Source: Balanoglossus misakiensis (lineage: Eukaryota > Animalia > Hemichordata). From it: a stretch of DNA of 64,000 nt. The notes below the pieces were generated by a model, which saw only the letters and a list, made by a program, of their open reading frames with translations, had not been told where the DNA came from and made no database searches. Shown piece by piece: positions 34,389 to 47,749 of the stretch (positions are counted from its first letter, which is position 1; the number at the start of each line of letters is the position of its first letter). The translations under genes and the position numbers were made by a program. The stretch is taken from contig CM082583.2 in NCBI GenBank assembly GCA_040954595.2, positions 12,438,987-12,502,986 on the forward strand, read 5' to 3'.

Positions 34389-36474
34389 TGCAGTCCCAGC
34401 AAACCTTCTCTTAAACCCCTTTCTGAGGCTTTCAGTTCTATTCCAGTGTGAAAAGCTCCAACTTAATCACACAAAACAACGGTACTGCACTGCACTATGA
34501 TTTTTTTCAAGGGCCACTTTTATTTTCCACCTGATGTAGTTTCCACAGGCTCTGGATGAAAAAAAAATTATGTATACCACACATGTATGCTAATAGGAAG
34601 TCTTAGTTTTGTAGCTATCTCTGTCAGAAATATTTAAAAATGTCCAGTCTGTCAGTGGATCATGTTAGGATCTCTTATGTCTGTGATGTCTTTGAAGTAC
34701 TCGTAATTTTAGTCAAAGTCTACAATTTGTATATTTTGAATAATTTAAACATATTTATAAAATTGTTGCAAAATAGTAGATAATGACAATTGGTTGAGTA
34801 AGAGAAATCACAGTAGAATGTTGTCAGCTACTCATTTGAATGTATTTATTCATATGTACTACAGGCAAATAAATTTTTTTTTATTATTTTATTATGCGCT
34901 TTTGTTGTAGTCTCTTCGTCATTTCAGTAAATCAGTTTCATCATGATGCATGGGTGGGGTGGGGGACGGGAAATAACTACAAACATACAGTGGGTCTTGC
35001 TTTGAAGCATTCACATTCATGTAAAACATGCTGCACATCACACACAGAATCAGGACTGAAATATTCTAAAGTTATTCAGTGTACATGCTTTATTTTACAC
35101 AGCTCACATGGAAAGCTTCCATGGAAACTTTCAAAGAACAAACAATTTTTGTCACCAGGCTAGTTCATATGGTTAGTTTGCTACATTACTACAAAATGTA
35201 GAAAACACAAAAAAGTGCAACAATATAAAAACTTCATGAAACTTTTTTGTACAAAGGTGGCTGGGACTGGGTAAAGTTGAAGGTGAACACGCTGTTCATT
35301 TCTTGGATGTAGGGGAGGGGCGGTGTTACATTTTAAAAATTCATTTGTACACCAGTCAAGCTAATAGATTTCAAAAACTACTATTAGAAGCATTATCAGA
35401 GAGTGATTTGTTGATTCTGAGATGGTGGAAATTGTCTTCACTTTGTCTCCAAGGGTCAAATACAGCAAATTACTGATCTTGCCATCCTCATGTCAACACA
35501 CACGGAGTCTTCAGAAAGTTTATTATCTTTGCTGAATCCTGACTTGTTTGATGGTGATATGACCCAACCCAATACTACAGGTTGCCACGTTGACTGGTTA
35601 GTGGTAAAAATATTGACGACCTCAAATGAGGCTTATATGTATGTTGTTGTTACGAGTTCAGGATGGACGCATTTACAATCCATGATATGAATTAAATTAA
35701 ATCAAACATTATAGCTAGTAAGTATTCTACAATTCTTATGCTACTAAATACATGATTCTCTTTGCCTATTTGCAGAAAACAGGAGCTAATATACAAATGC
35801 GATGCCTTGCCAACTGGCTGTATGACATCTGAAATTTTCACTTGGACTAGACTTGGATGTCTCTTTTTCCCCCCAATGGCAACGAGGAGCAATCAATTAT
35901 TCTTGTCAAACAAAAATTAGTTTATGTGTCGGCCATGACAGGTGGTCTACCCTGTCATAGTGTTTCCATTACTTTTGACGATCAGCTGACAATCAAAGTT
36001 ATTTCGATAACAATGAAAACTGGAAATTGATACAGTGCGATGGATTGGTCTTGGGTCACCTTGATGAAACTAATGTGTGAATAATAATAAGACTACAAAT
36101 GTATTGTTGTCTTGGTATTGCAACAGTTGTGTGTTTTGAAGAAAACAGTCAATTATGCAGGATCAGTGGCCTGTGGCCAAAAGCGAGATCCACAAAAGCT
36201 CCTCTGTTAAGGGGTTATTATTAAGTCATCTTCTGCCAAAGTTATTATCAGCGGAGTTCTTGATGTCCAGTACAGGTGATACAAAAGCAAACATTTGGAA
36301 AAACAGTCGCTGCCATTCAAAGTAATATTCTCCCCATGTGATTTCGAATCGCGAGTACATTCACTGGGAGAAAATTACAACTTGGCATTGCTGGTACCTT
36401 CCTTTTTTGTCCAAATATTTACCCAAGTTTTTTTTGTTCAATATTGTTTCATAATATGCACACAGACTTTTCGA

Positions 36475-38062
36475 CTATGTGGCGAGTTTGCTCGTCACGA
36501 GAGAGGATTTCCTGTGGGGTATGTCCTCAGGCGTTGGAATGGTGTCCCCAGTCTGCATTTGAGGTGGTAAAGGTAACTTCTCGCCATTGTTGGGCTTGCT
36601 TTTAAGCTTCCCTGTTTGTCTGGCCATGTTGTAGTCTCCTGAATCAAAGTATTTCTGTAGAAGTGAAAAAATGCAAGAAAATTAGGGATTTCATCCAGTT
36701 TTTAGGGCTAGGTAAACAAATGCCCTAACATTACATGCAGTGAGAAAAACCATATAACAGTTTTTCTTTGAAATCAGTGAACATATAGTTATAAAAAAAT
36801 TCTTTATTCTATGTTGTTATCAAGCATTAATTAAACTTACCCCCTTTTGTAACCTTTTCCTTAAGAAGTCTGATCCACCTGGTCTCTGAGCCGTTGGGTA
36901 TTTTGATCGCAATTTAGCCTCTTCAAGCTGCTCTGTTGTCTGCAACATGTAGACACAAACAATATTGTCAGAGAATATGATTCTATGTATAACAGCAGGA
37001 TTTGAAGAAGTTGCAGATGAGGTTCTTGAAAGCCTAAGCACTGCTTGAAACCTTAGTAGCTGAAAAGCGACGAATAAATTAATTTGAATTTCTCCAATTC
37101 TCCATGTGTTCAATTCTTCAGCTTGATCCCTCAACTGTGCAGCTGCCTTTTGTTACGTGTTAAAGGGACAATCATCACCTGATAGCATCACTTCTACTGT
37201 CTTTGTTATGTCATTGTTAGAGTTCCTTATTTTCTGCACATTGACACATGCACATTCATCAGGAATTACTTTATTCTTACTCATAATGCTGGATGTGATG
37301 CAAGTATGATAATTGGTATGTAAATTGTGTTCAGAAGAGAGACAGAAATATGCGAGTCTGAGTACATTGGAAATGAACAGATAGAATGCTTCAACAAGGA
37401 TGAAATCCCTAGCGACTTGGGTTTTGTGTGGCTTCTGCTAGGTACAGCACAACTTGCTATTGTGTCAATATTGTACAGGTTCAGCATTCTTCTGTCTATT
37501 GTTAATCAGAATCTTACATGCTGTCCCAATTTAATAACTGGTTAAAAAAAAACTACCACCATGATATTGTTGCATAAATTTAATTCCAAATGTAAAGTTC
37601 AATTCAGATACTAGAAATTTTAACTTAATCTTACAAAAATAGTTACCATACAATGAGAATGTTGTTTCATTGTTATTAAATGTGTGACATATATAACATG
37701 CACTGAATCAAACACACAAGCACAACCTTGTTAATTTGGCCACAGACCTTTACAATGTAGTCTACCATATTAGTGGCCAATATTTGGTTCAAATGGCCCC
37801 TTCGGTAATGTACATACACTAAGTGAATATACTGTTGTCACCAACTGTATGTATTCACTGTGTACATTGTGATTAGACATCCGACATAAACATTCAACGA
37901 AATTTACAGCTGCCAAGCTTTGTATATTGCACGCAATCAGTGACAGCGACCCTAGTGTTGCGAACTGAAAATTGTAAGACCAGCATATCATCAGATTACG
38001 GGCAGCTTGTTCGTGATTGATAAGCTTAAACAATTTACCTGTTGTCCTCCTGTCTTCTCCAT
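36475..38062 (-). CDS. ENSA: Alpha-endosulfine / ARPP19 (Greatwall substrate, PP2A-B55 inhibitor)
   Basis: Three exons: MEKTGGQQ / [33 protein letters not shown] / [11 protein letters not shown]...[25 protein letters not shown]. The FDSGDY Greatwall site and the RKSS PKA site are intact. Confidence 0.95.
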
Positions 38063-38597
38063 TTTGTCAATCCGCTGTTGGTCTTTAATGACCGCTTCTG
38101 ATGACACTATACTTTGCTATTATCAGAGTAGAAAATCGAGACGTCCTCGATTGCTGCAAGAATATACCTAGCTACACTAGACAGCACCCCAATGGACTAG
38201 AGAGACAGGGATGTGACGTCAGAGTACATCCATTCAGTGTAGGTTGGTCGTTGTACAAAAACTTCATATTGTGTAGTGGAGAAACATTAATTATATCAGC
38301 TGATCTCGCATTAACTGTTAAAATAGTATTAAATTAATAAACTTAACAGGTGGATTCGATTTTCGTGCATCTTTAGGGTAAATTGGCAGTACAAGTGCTA
38401 CCAACTCCCCCTGATATAATGGGTAAGTCTTACTACGGGGATAACCAAACCAGTCCCTGGCAAATTGGAGAAAGTAATCTTCAACAACCAAATATTTCAA
38501 GATGGCTGCGCCCATGGGAACTTAGGTTTACAGAATTTCGAGTATATCTACACTGTTTATGTCATTAACATGTTGAACATTTCGTCCTTCTGAAATA

Positions 38598-41500
38598 ATG
38601 CGGATCAAAAGAACAACCGTTTTCTTCACCGCGTGGTTAGCTACATTATACGTCACAGGTATAGTGCTTTTCACGAAGGGCTTCCTGTTGAAACGCTTAG
38701 AAGTCCCGGTAAATAGTGTATGTCAACAACATGGACAATCTAGCAATTTCAGCCATGGGTGTTGGATGCCAAAACGATTTCAATCGGCAGTTCTTATGGT
38801 CATAGACGCACTTAGATTTGACTTCATGTCTTACAATGCATCGGCAGTGCAGGAACAATTATTGCCATTCCAAAATCAATTACCAGTAATACACAGACTG
38901 TTGTCAGAAAAACCAAGGAACTCGAGGCTGTACAGATTTATTGCAGACCCACCCACTACTACGATGCAAAGACTGAAAGGACTCACGACAGGAAGCCTTC
39001 CAACATTCGTCGATGCCGGCAGTAATTTTGCTTCATCGGAGATAGTGGAGGATAACTTCATCAGTCAACTCGCTCACATGGGTGGAAACATCACATTCAT
39101 GGGAGATGACACATGGGAGTCTTTGTTTTCTGGCAAATTTAAGAAATCTTTTCCATATCCATCATTTAATGTGAAAGACTTACACACAGTGGACAATGGG
39201 GTTATTGAACATCTTGTACCAGAAATGGAGACTGGTGATTGGACATTACTGATAGCTCACTTCCTTGGTGTTGATCATTGTGGTCATAGATTTGGACCTT
39301 ACCACCCTGCAATGTCTGAGAAACTGACTCAGATGGATGAAGTGATTGGGTACGTAGTTGTTGCCATGGCTACGACTAGGGTGGCAAGTTACTATTGTTG
39401 CATGCGATGCCCATAATCTCTTACTTTCCCGGCTTTGGTGTTTTAATTGAATGTTTACAAAACTGCTTTTGAGAAGTTAGAAAACTCAATCTTATATGTC
39501 ATGGATAAGGAACTATTTTTCTTTTTTTTACAGGAATGTTATTGAACATTTGCCAGAGGATTCTGTGTTGTTCATATTTGGTGATCATGGCATGACTGGC
39601 ACAGGTGATCATGGAGGCGATAGTGAAGATGAACTTGATGCTGCATTATTTGTGTATTCTTCATCAGAGCTGGTTCATTCTTCTGTTCTGGATGACACAA
39701 AGGTGAGTAAAGTAAAGGAGTGACATTTCTTCAGAGTAATGCTGAAGATGTCCTTTCATTGTACTTGCAACATACTAGAGCACAATTACTGGCTCAACAG
39801 GGTCTGTTGTCAGTATAGTTACGAGTGCATTTTATGTCACACGTGACTTTGATGTTTTGGTTTGTTCTCCACAGGAACCACACAAAACCTTATCTCAGAT
39901 AGACTTAGTACCAACAATATCATTGCTACTGGGAACTGCAATTCCACATTCCAATCTGGGCAGCGTCATACCAGATCTCTTTTCCATGGACATTCATGGG
40001 GGCACTGCAGTAGCAAGCAAAGCCACTGTGTTGCGCAACACAATCGAGGCACTAAGATTGAATGCCCAGCAAGTGAAGCGTTACATCGATTCCTACTCGG
40101 TGCTGTCAGATGAATTTCCACTCACTGAGTCGTCGCAACTGCAGCAAAAGTTGGAAGCAGCCGAGTCCAGGTGGCAAGCATTGCAATCCAAAGGACGCCT
40201 GGAGGAATCCCAGAAAGAAAGCAACATTGCCAGTCAGTTGGAACTCATCCAAGGCCTGTACATAGAGTATCTGTCGGGTGTGAAGTCTATGTGTCAGAGA
40301 ATCTGGGCTAAATTCGACTTGCTGTCAATGACAATTGGAATCGGGGTATTCTCTATGGCAGTGGTTCTGACCATTTTACAAGTCTACCAAATAAATGCTG
40401 CAGCTCCGATAGAGCTAACAAAAAAGAAGTTGGACAAGTCGTTGACAGTCATTGGAGTTGCAGGAGGTGCAGGATTAGTGGTTGGCATCGGAGCTGTGTT
40501 TGCCGATCTGACCATCAGAGCACACTGGATCTCTTTCCTTCTGCTTCTTTTCAGCGTTCCGTCAGCATTGGCCAATTTGATTAGCATACTGATGACGAAA
40601 ACATTCAAATTGAATCTGCAGATGGTGTTAAACAGCATGTCTGTCGATTCGTTCTTTGCAATTCTCGCTGGAGTACTGTACGTCATATCATTGACTTCCA
40701 ATAGTTACGTTGTAAACGAAGACAGAATGTGTGTATTTTTATTTCAGTCCATGTTGCTTGCAATTCTGCTGGGTAACTTCAGACATGCCAGTTTCAGAAA
40801 GAAACACAAAACCTGGGATGTTACCCAGCCTGCAGCCATACTCATCATGCTGACTGTTGGCATAGCTGTATCAGCGAGATTAACTACCAACTTCCGAGTC
40901 TGCAGGGACGAACAGAGTCCCTGGTGCGAGAACCCTCTCTTTTCACAACCACTGTCTGCCATTCCTGCAGAAAACAATTTACAGAAAAACTTCAGATATT
41001 TCATGTCGGTCGCTTGCATGAGCATGTTGCCCATCTGCCTGAGGCTGTGGCTGAGCCACCTGGGTAATCTCAATGGCAGCTCGGCCAGCAAACTTTACGT
41101 AGTGTATGGCTTGCCACTTGCTGCAGTGTGCATGTCCTTCTACTGGGCACTGCAGGCTCTCCCAGAGAAGATCCTGGACGGTCTACCAGTGTGGCAGCAA
41201 ATTATCCTACCTCGAATTGTGTACGTTGTGTTTTTGCTTGGCGTTGTACTTGTGATATGGTCTCCTCTGACTCTCTTTGTTACTCATAAAAATCATGAAG
41301 GTACAGAAACCTCAGAGCAACCTACACTCCACAGAGAAGAGACTCAGATCGTCAAGAGATTCTTCAATCACATCAAATCCAGTTGGAACAAACAGGCAAA
41401 CAACGAAAGAACTGGTGGTGAAAAACGGGGTGGAGTCCTACCCATGGTGTACGGCCTAGCGACGGTCTATACAGCCAGCTACTTAATATTGATTGATATT

Positions 41501-42548
41501 CTGTCCTTGGTATTGACCTTACTCCTTGGAGATGGATTTGCCCCAGCCATACTCATACTCTTTGTCCAAATGTTCCTGTTGTTGGAATTGTATGCATGCA
41601 TCTGTCGCCTCAAGCTAATCAGTACAAGCAGTTCTTCACAGATAGGTAAGCAAAAAGTAACAATTGGTTCAGACAGAATTGAAGTGTTGATTGTTTAAAA
41701 TACATGTAGATAGTTGACGTTTTTCTACTGCCCACGGTTTGAAACTAGCTGCCTCTGACTTGATGAATATGAGGGCCAGTATCTCAGCTACTCTTGATTG
41801 AAAGTTTCCCCACTAAACCAAGGAATAATCCACACTATCTCTCATGTTCTATCATTACAGAACTACTATGCAATGTACCCTGGTACACTGTTATCATCTG
41901 GGCACTCATGTCGTCACAGTACTTCTTCGCCACTGGTCACCAAGCAACAGTGCCCGCCATCCGCTTCGAGTCAGCATTCACAGGTTTCCATGGCGACTTC
42001 CCCACCTATCTCTACTTCCTCCCAGCCCTGATGATATTATTCAACACATTCGCTGGTCCTGCTCTATTCGCTGTCTGTCTTCCCCTTGTCCTCCTGTGGC
42101 CATTTTCAAGGGGTTATCTGGTGATGGACAAGAAGACACGGCAGAATCTAAGTGCTGAAGACAGGAAGGGAGAATTTTCGCTCCATGAGAACGAAGGACA
42201 GTTAGATCTTGCCATGTTTCGATTGACACTGATGTATACAGCTGTCACGGGAGTAAAGGTGAGTCTCACTTTTCTGAGAAAAGCTGCTGCTAAATTATGC
42301 TAGTGCAAAAAATCCACAACTGATCGCATCTATGTTTCCTTGTTGTTCAGTTTCTAGGTACAATGCTCTCAGCAGCGATCCACCGGAGGCATCTGATGGT
42401 TTGGAAGATATTTGCTCCACGGTTTGTCTTCGAAGGCGTCTCATTCCTGGTTGTCATGGCGCTGCTGTTCCTGGTCAGTCTTCTAATCAGCAGGATCGAC
42501 AGAGTGCTGTCTCAGTGGTTCAAAGAGCTTGTGAAGAGATATCGGTGA
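38598..42548 (+). CDS. PIGO: GPI ethanolamine phosphate transferase 3
   Basis: IDALRFDF, FIADPPTTTMQRLKGLTTGSLPTF, FMGDDTW, HFLGVDHCGH, GDHGMTGTGDHGG, QIDLVPT, FFATGHQ, HRRHLMVWKIFAPRFVFE. Five coding exons; multi-pass membrane C-terminal half. Confidence 0.97.
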
Positions 42549-42889
42549 TACTTCCGTGTCAGACTTTTCCCCATGGGATTTTTATTGTCGCTGAATGTAG
42601 CATAAATCATAGAAAGATATAGATGTGCAATATACAATAGTTTCACATGTCAAGATTTCCCCCATTCAAGGAACACTTATGTTATTGAATCCTGATTGTA
42701 GACGAGATGTAACTATCAATGTAATTTTTTCTGTCATGTGTAAATTTCAATTGTGACTTTGACGCATATTGTAATAGAATGAGTCAATGATAGATGCAAA
42801 TAAATGTGTTCAAAAATTGATTTTCAGTTGTATCACTGACACACTAGGATGTGTACCTTTTCAGAAGCTGCCATGAAACAAAGATCAAT

Positions 42890-44009
42890 TTAAATGCAGT
42901 AAAGAAAGTTGCCCTCTTCATCATAAAATTTGTTTCCTTTTCTGGTAACCCTCACTGGTTTTGCATCCACATACATCAAGTCCCGCATCTGGAAATCATA
43001 TTCTATTTCATCAATATGTGGATCAGTGAATCTTTTGTCTGTCTCAGATTCCTTTTCGGATGGTTGTCTTTCATGAAGCCTGCCATCTCCATCAAGAGTG
43101 TCATCAAGCTTTGCATCCTCTACTTTTGCTTCTTCTACACGAAGGCCTTCAATGGCACCCTTTTCCAGTTTGACATTTCCGTCCTTTACATCGGGCGTTC
43201 TCTCTTCGCTGTTTTTCATTTTTTCAAGTTCTTTCAACACCACATGGCTGGTTAGAGCAATCTTTGTAAATGTGCCGATTCTCTTCATTTTTGCTGATGG
43301 CAGGGCTGACATGAGTGTCCCGTCCTGCTCTGAGCTCAATGCTAGCTCGTTGCCTTGATGATGTGCCGCTGTCACTGCTGGTAAGGGCAGAGTCTCTGAG
43401 CCTGGTAAGAGAGTCCTCTGGTTCATTTGTGCCACGTTATCCTGCTTCCCTTGTTTCTTCTCGTTTGGAATGAAGCGACTCTTCAGCACTTTGATGATGA
43501 TATTTTGTGACACACCAAAACTTTCAGCAAGGCGGATGATAGTCCACTCTTCCGGATATTCCTGTCTGAGGAAACGGATCTGATTCATGACATTCCTTGT
43601 CAGTACTCTTTCTTCCTTTGGTTGAGGCAGTTCACGTGCTGTTTTTGATCTCATGATGCCAAACTGTCTTCTTCTCTTCTCCCTTGAAACAAAGATTATA
43701 TGATTGGTCAACTCAACATTTCAAAACAAGCTTGCTTGACTACCGTATCCATCTAAATTAAGCACCTCTAAACTAAGAAAACTTGAATGTACATTGTACA
43801 GAATTTCCCAAGAACATGATGGCATACTTTTCCAAGACTTCCATAAAATCCACATCACTGTCTGTGTTTTTATCCTGGGTGCCTTTCCTGGCGGTTGCCC
43901 TTCTCATATCTCCCAAAACTTTGTCATAGGACGCAGTCGGCGGTGTAGTTGAAATACATCGCGTCGAATGATAAAGGCGACACAGGATTCGTACGCGTTG
44001 ACAGATCAT
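42890..44009 (-). CDS. NGRN: Neugrin (mitochondrial ribosome assembly factor)
   Basis: Arg-rich mitochondrial presequence MICQRVRILCRLYHSTRC and one intron (~43684-43827). The neugrin domain RVLTRNVMNQIRFLRQEYPEEWTIIRLAESFGVSQNIIIKVLKSRFIP resembles human NGRN. C-terminus FYDEEGNFLYCI. Confidence 0.85.
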
Positions 44010-44421
44010 TTTTAGCTACACCGAGTGACCATGTGTGCATCCATTTCATCACAGAGCAAGCCTTGACCTTTGACCTACACCACCTGATCCGATAGGACGA
44101 CCCTGGATGACCCAAGTTTTTGCTCCACTTTTAGCATATTTTTGTAACAATTGTACACTGAATGTTTGTGAAAAGTATAATTTCGAAAGACGCCTTAAAA
44201 CAAACCAACACATACACGAGAAAAAAAGATTAACTGCCAACGTTCTGCAGTTCGAGGTCGAGTCACAAATGGGTGTACACATGCGCAGAGGAACAGGAAG
44301 AGGGAAATTCACAACCACCACAACAACAAACCGGTGTATACATGTAACCGAGTGGGCCAAGAATAACTCTAACACCGTCCGAGCTCGGCAACTTTCTAAG
44401 TTTAACCCAGTGCAAATTGCA

Positions 44422-46899
44422 ATGGAAGGAGCGGCACACTCAAAGACAATTCCGGAAGATATTTTGACTGATCTTTGCAGGTAGGAATGTGTCTATGTTC
44501 ATTGCTTTCGTCTGCGAAAACAGCTCCGTTCGACATGTACGAGTCCTATCACGTCAAGTTCGAATACCATTTTCGTCCACGGTAGGCATTCACAGGCTTG
44601 CAAGAATTGCTTAAACACATAAGCTACACAGATTTGCTCCAGACATCCACTAAATATTCAGCTTTCAACCCGACTTGCCTTTCTTGTAAATGTTGCATAT
44701 AACTGTTCTGGATTTATTTCACTTTCAATTCTGAGAATTTTTTTTATTCCAGTCGATTTCTGATCAACATACCTGGAGAAGAAAAGAAAGATTTGGTCCG
44801 AGTGTGTTTCCAGATTGAACTGGCACATTGGTTTTATTTGGATTTCTATCGCAATGAGAAGCCAGAGTTGCCTGCATGTGGAATAAGGGATTTCGCCACA
44901 GTAGATATCCTTTTGAAAAGTATAACAATGAAAAAAGGCATTGAATCAACCCATATTTACATATTATGATTTTATGGTGGAACAAGATATTTTCCTTAAC
45001 ATTGATTACTGTTCAAACATTGTCCTTATTTGAATGACCATTATGAGCGAGTGGACGACATTGTCAGCCAATGGAAAGGTTACAAAATGAGTGTGCCGAC
45101 CCATGGTGCTATCATATTAGATGAAACGCTTCAATATGTAAGTTTGTGGTAATCAGTTGTGTAGCTAAGTGAATGGAAAAAAATCTCACCTATGATCAAG
45201 TAAACGCTAGTAACTGAAACATAACTTATGGCAACCAAAGGCAAACTCCGAGACAAAGTGTGGTCTCCTATCCATAGTATTTTGCAAAGAAGAGTGATTA
45301 AAAGTTGAAGTAAAGACCCCATCAATGATATATGCAGGCTATTGAAATTGCTTTGTCTTTGCTTGTCTTTGAAGATTTTACTTGTGCAGGGATATTGGGC
45401 CAAAGCTAGTTGGGGATTTCCTAAAGGCAAAGTGAACAAAGATGAGAGTGAATACCAGTGTGCAATACGTGAGGTAAGTTCAGTCGGAACATTTTAAAGC
45501 ATACACAAGCATCAATACCTCAATTTCTGTCCCGGGATTTCTGATGGTACATTGTCGATTTAATGGGTGACACTGAAATTTGTCACCTGCAGGTGCTTGA
45601 AGAGACTGGTTTTGACATTGCTCATTTACTGGACCAAAATGAATACATACAACAGAAGATAAATGATCAAGAAATTAGACTCTACATCATACCATTTGTG
45701 CCAAGAGAAACTCTATTTCAACCAAGGACACGAAAGGAAATAAAGGTATGTTCCAATTCCTATAATTGGTCAGTTTTGTCAGGTTGTGCAAAATCTTGAT
45801 ATTTTTGTCTGTATATTTTTCTTTTTCAGAGCATTGAATGGTTTCACATTGATGATTTACCAACGCACAAAAAAGACATGACACCGAAAATCAAGTTGAA
45901 CTTGAGCCCAAACAATTTCTTCATGGTGATGGCATTTGTAAAGTAAGCTATTCTTAGTCTCATTCTTTGTGACCAACCTTCCCATCTTGTTGAGAAGTTT
46001 TTACCACAATAACAGAAATGCTAATTACAAAACATTTGTTTGTGACAGGCCTTTGAAAAAGTGGATTAGCAAACAGAGAGCAAGCCTGGAACAGATAGAA
46101 AGACAGCACCACATGAAACAGCCCGGGAAGAGCAAGAGTTCACAGATGGCCGCCACCATGGGGGAACACAAACCACTCACTGAGAAACAACGACAGAAGC
46201 AACAGAGGCAGTTCATGCAGTCCAATCAGAGTGAATTTGCCGACTACCTGAATCTGCGGGAAGGCATAGGCAGTAGTAAAGTCAGTAATGGCCGGGGCGT
46301 GTCGACGCAGCAACCGCGAGGTCGAGGGAGGGGTGGTGTCCAGCAGAAACAGTACACAATTTTGGTGAGTTCGTTATGTCTGGTAAAATGCAGTGTGGTT
46401 TACTTAAGTGGCATGTGGTAAAGAAAGTGGACGTCAGTAATGTAGATAATTGTCGGTCCCTGGTCAAAACACCCACCTGAACTGGCTATAATACTTAACC
46501 CAATTTTGGCAGTCACTGTTTCTTGATCACTCCCAAAGTTTTAATACCTCTTTCTACTCCCCTTTTTGCACCACAGACCCGTGAACCTGGCAGAGATCCA
46601 AGGCGGTCATTACAGAAATTGTTCACAGGTAAGGAACTATCTTGCAACAGGGTGTTGTGTCTGTGGTATGGTCGATGCAAATTTGACTGCTTATTGACAT
46701 CTGATTACGTCAAATGCCTGTACTGTGCTAATTTCCTGGCTTTTGTTTCTTTCCAGATGCAAACAGCGTTACTACCCCTGGCAATCTCAGCAATGGTACA
46801 GACAGACAGATGTTTACGTCCCGGTCGTTTGACAACTTCCACTTTGATTGGGAACCAATCATGAAGAATTTTGAGTTTCCCAGGAAACCTCAATCGTGA
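44422..46899 (+). CDS. DCP2: mRNA-decapping enzyme 2
   Basis: Box [19 protein letters not shown]...[16 protein letters not shown], Nudix box [45 protein letters not shown], and C-terminal Phe-rich motif [13 protein letters not shown]. Confidence 0.96.
44905..45009 (+). other. U12-type AT-AC intron (DCP2 intron 2)
   Basis: 5' splice site ATATCCTTTT, branch point TTTCCTTAAC (44991-45000), 3' end AC at 45008-45009. Removing it restores DFATV-V-FKHCPYL in frame. Confidence 0.93.
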
Positions 46900-47749
46900 C
46901 AGCACTCGCTGCCCCTGTTTTTAATCATGGCTGAATCGTTCCAATGGACCGAAGCAGCTTTTGAGTCGAAAAGCCTCAATAATAAAAGACAGCAATTCCT
47001 CTGTAATCCTTTTCTCATCATAAAATGAATTCCCGGGAATCAAACGATGCAACTCATAAGTTGGTTTTTGCTTCAGTTATGTCAGATTTCCATGAATACT
47101 GCGCACAGTCAGCAAGGTTATGTTTTATTTATATACATATGTATGATCCCAAAGTTTAATTTGCATGCCTGATTTGGAAAGTTACCAATATCTATAAAAT
47201 GGTTTTGACCAATTAAGAGACTTTCATTGATCAAAGAGTACAGTGGAGTATATTAGTGTGAATTCATTTCAATTAATGATCAGTCCAGTAACTGAGCTGA
47301 TTCTTTTTAACATGTAAATGTTGACAAAACCATAAAAGTGGGATTGAACTTCAAAACTCTGTACCATTTATAGACATTGAAAGCATTTACATTTGGCTAT
47401 CATATTGTGTGTCCCTCCATAATGTTTTTCATTTCAAGTGACACTTGTGGCGATTTGCTCAGCATCGAATATTTTTGACTATTTTGTATGTTTTTACCGT
47501 ATGTGCATTTTGCTAATAAATTTGTGTCATGGACCAATACTGAAGTATCGTTGTTGTTGTTTTTCAATTGTCATTTCAAAGACAAATATGACTGATGATC
47601 ATAGCAAGGGTAATATCAAACATTTTGCCTGCAGTAAATTCTTGGCTTCAGGGCACTCTGACTGTCAGTATCTGATCTTCATATCTTTTCACAGTCATTT
47701 CTTCTCCGTGACAAAATCATCTCGTCTGTTACCCCCCATGTCACAGCTG

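Noticed and set aside
37275-37535. Possible micro-exons in ENSA intron 1 (20 nt and 8 nt between AG and GTAAG)
   Set aside because: Neither alone nor together preserves the frame, and there is no supporting evidence.
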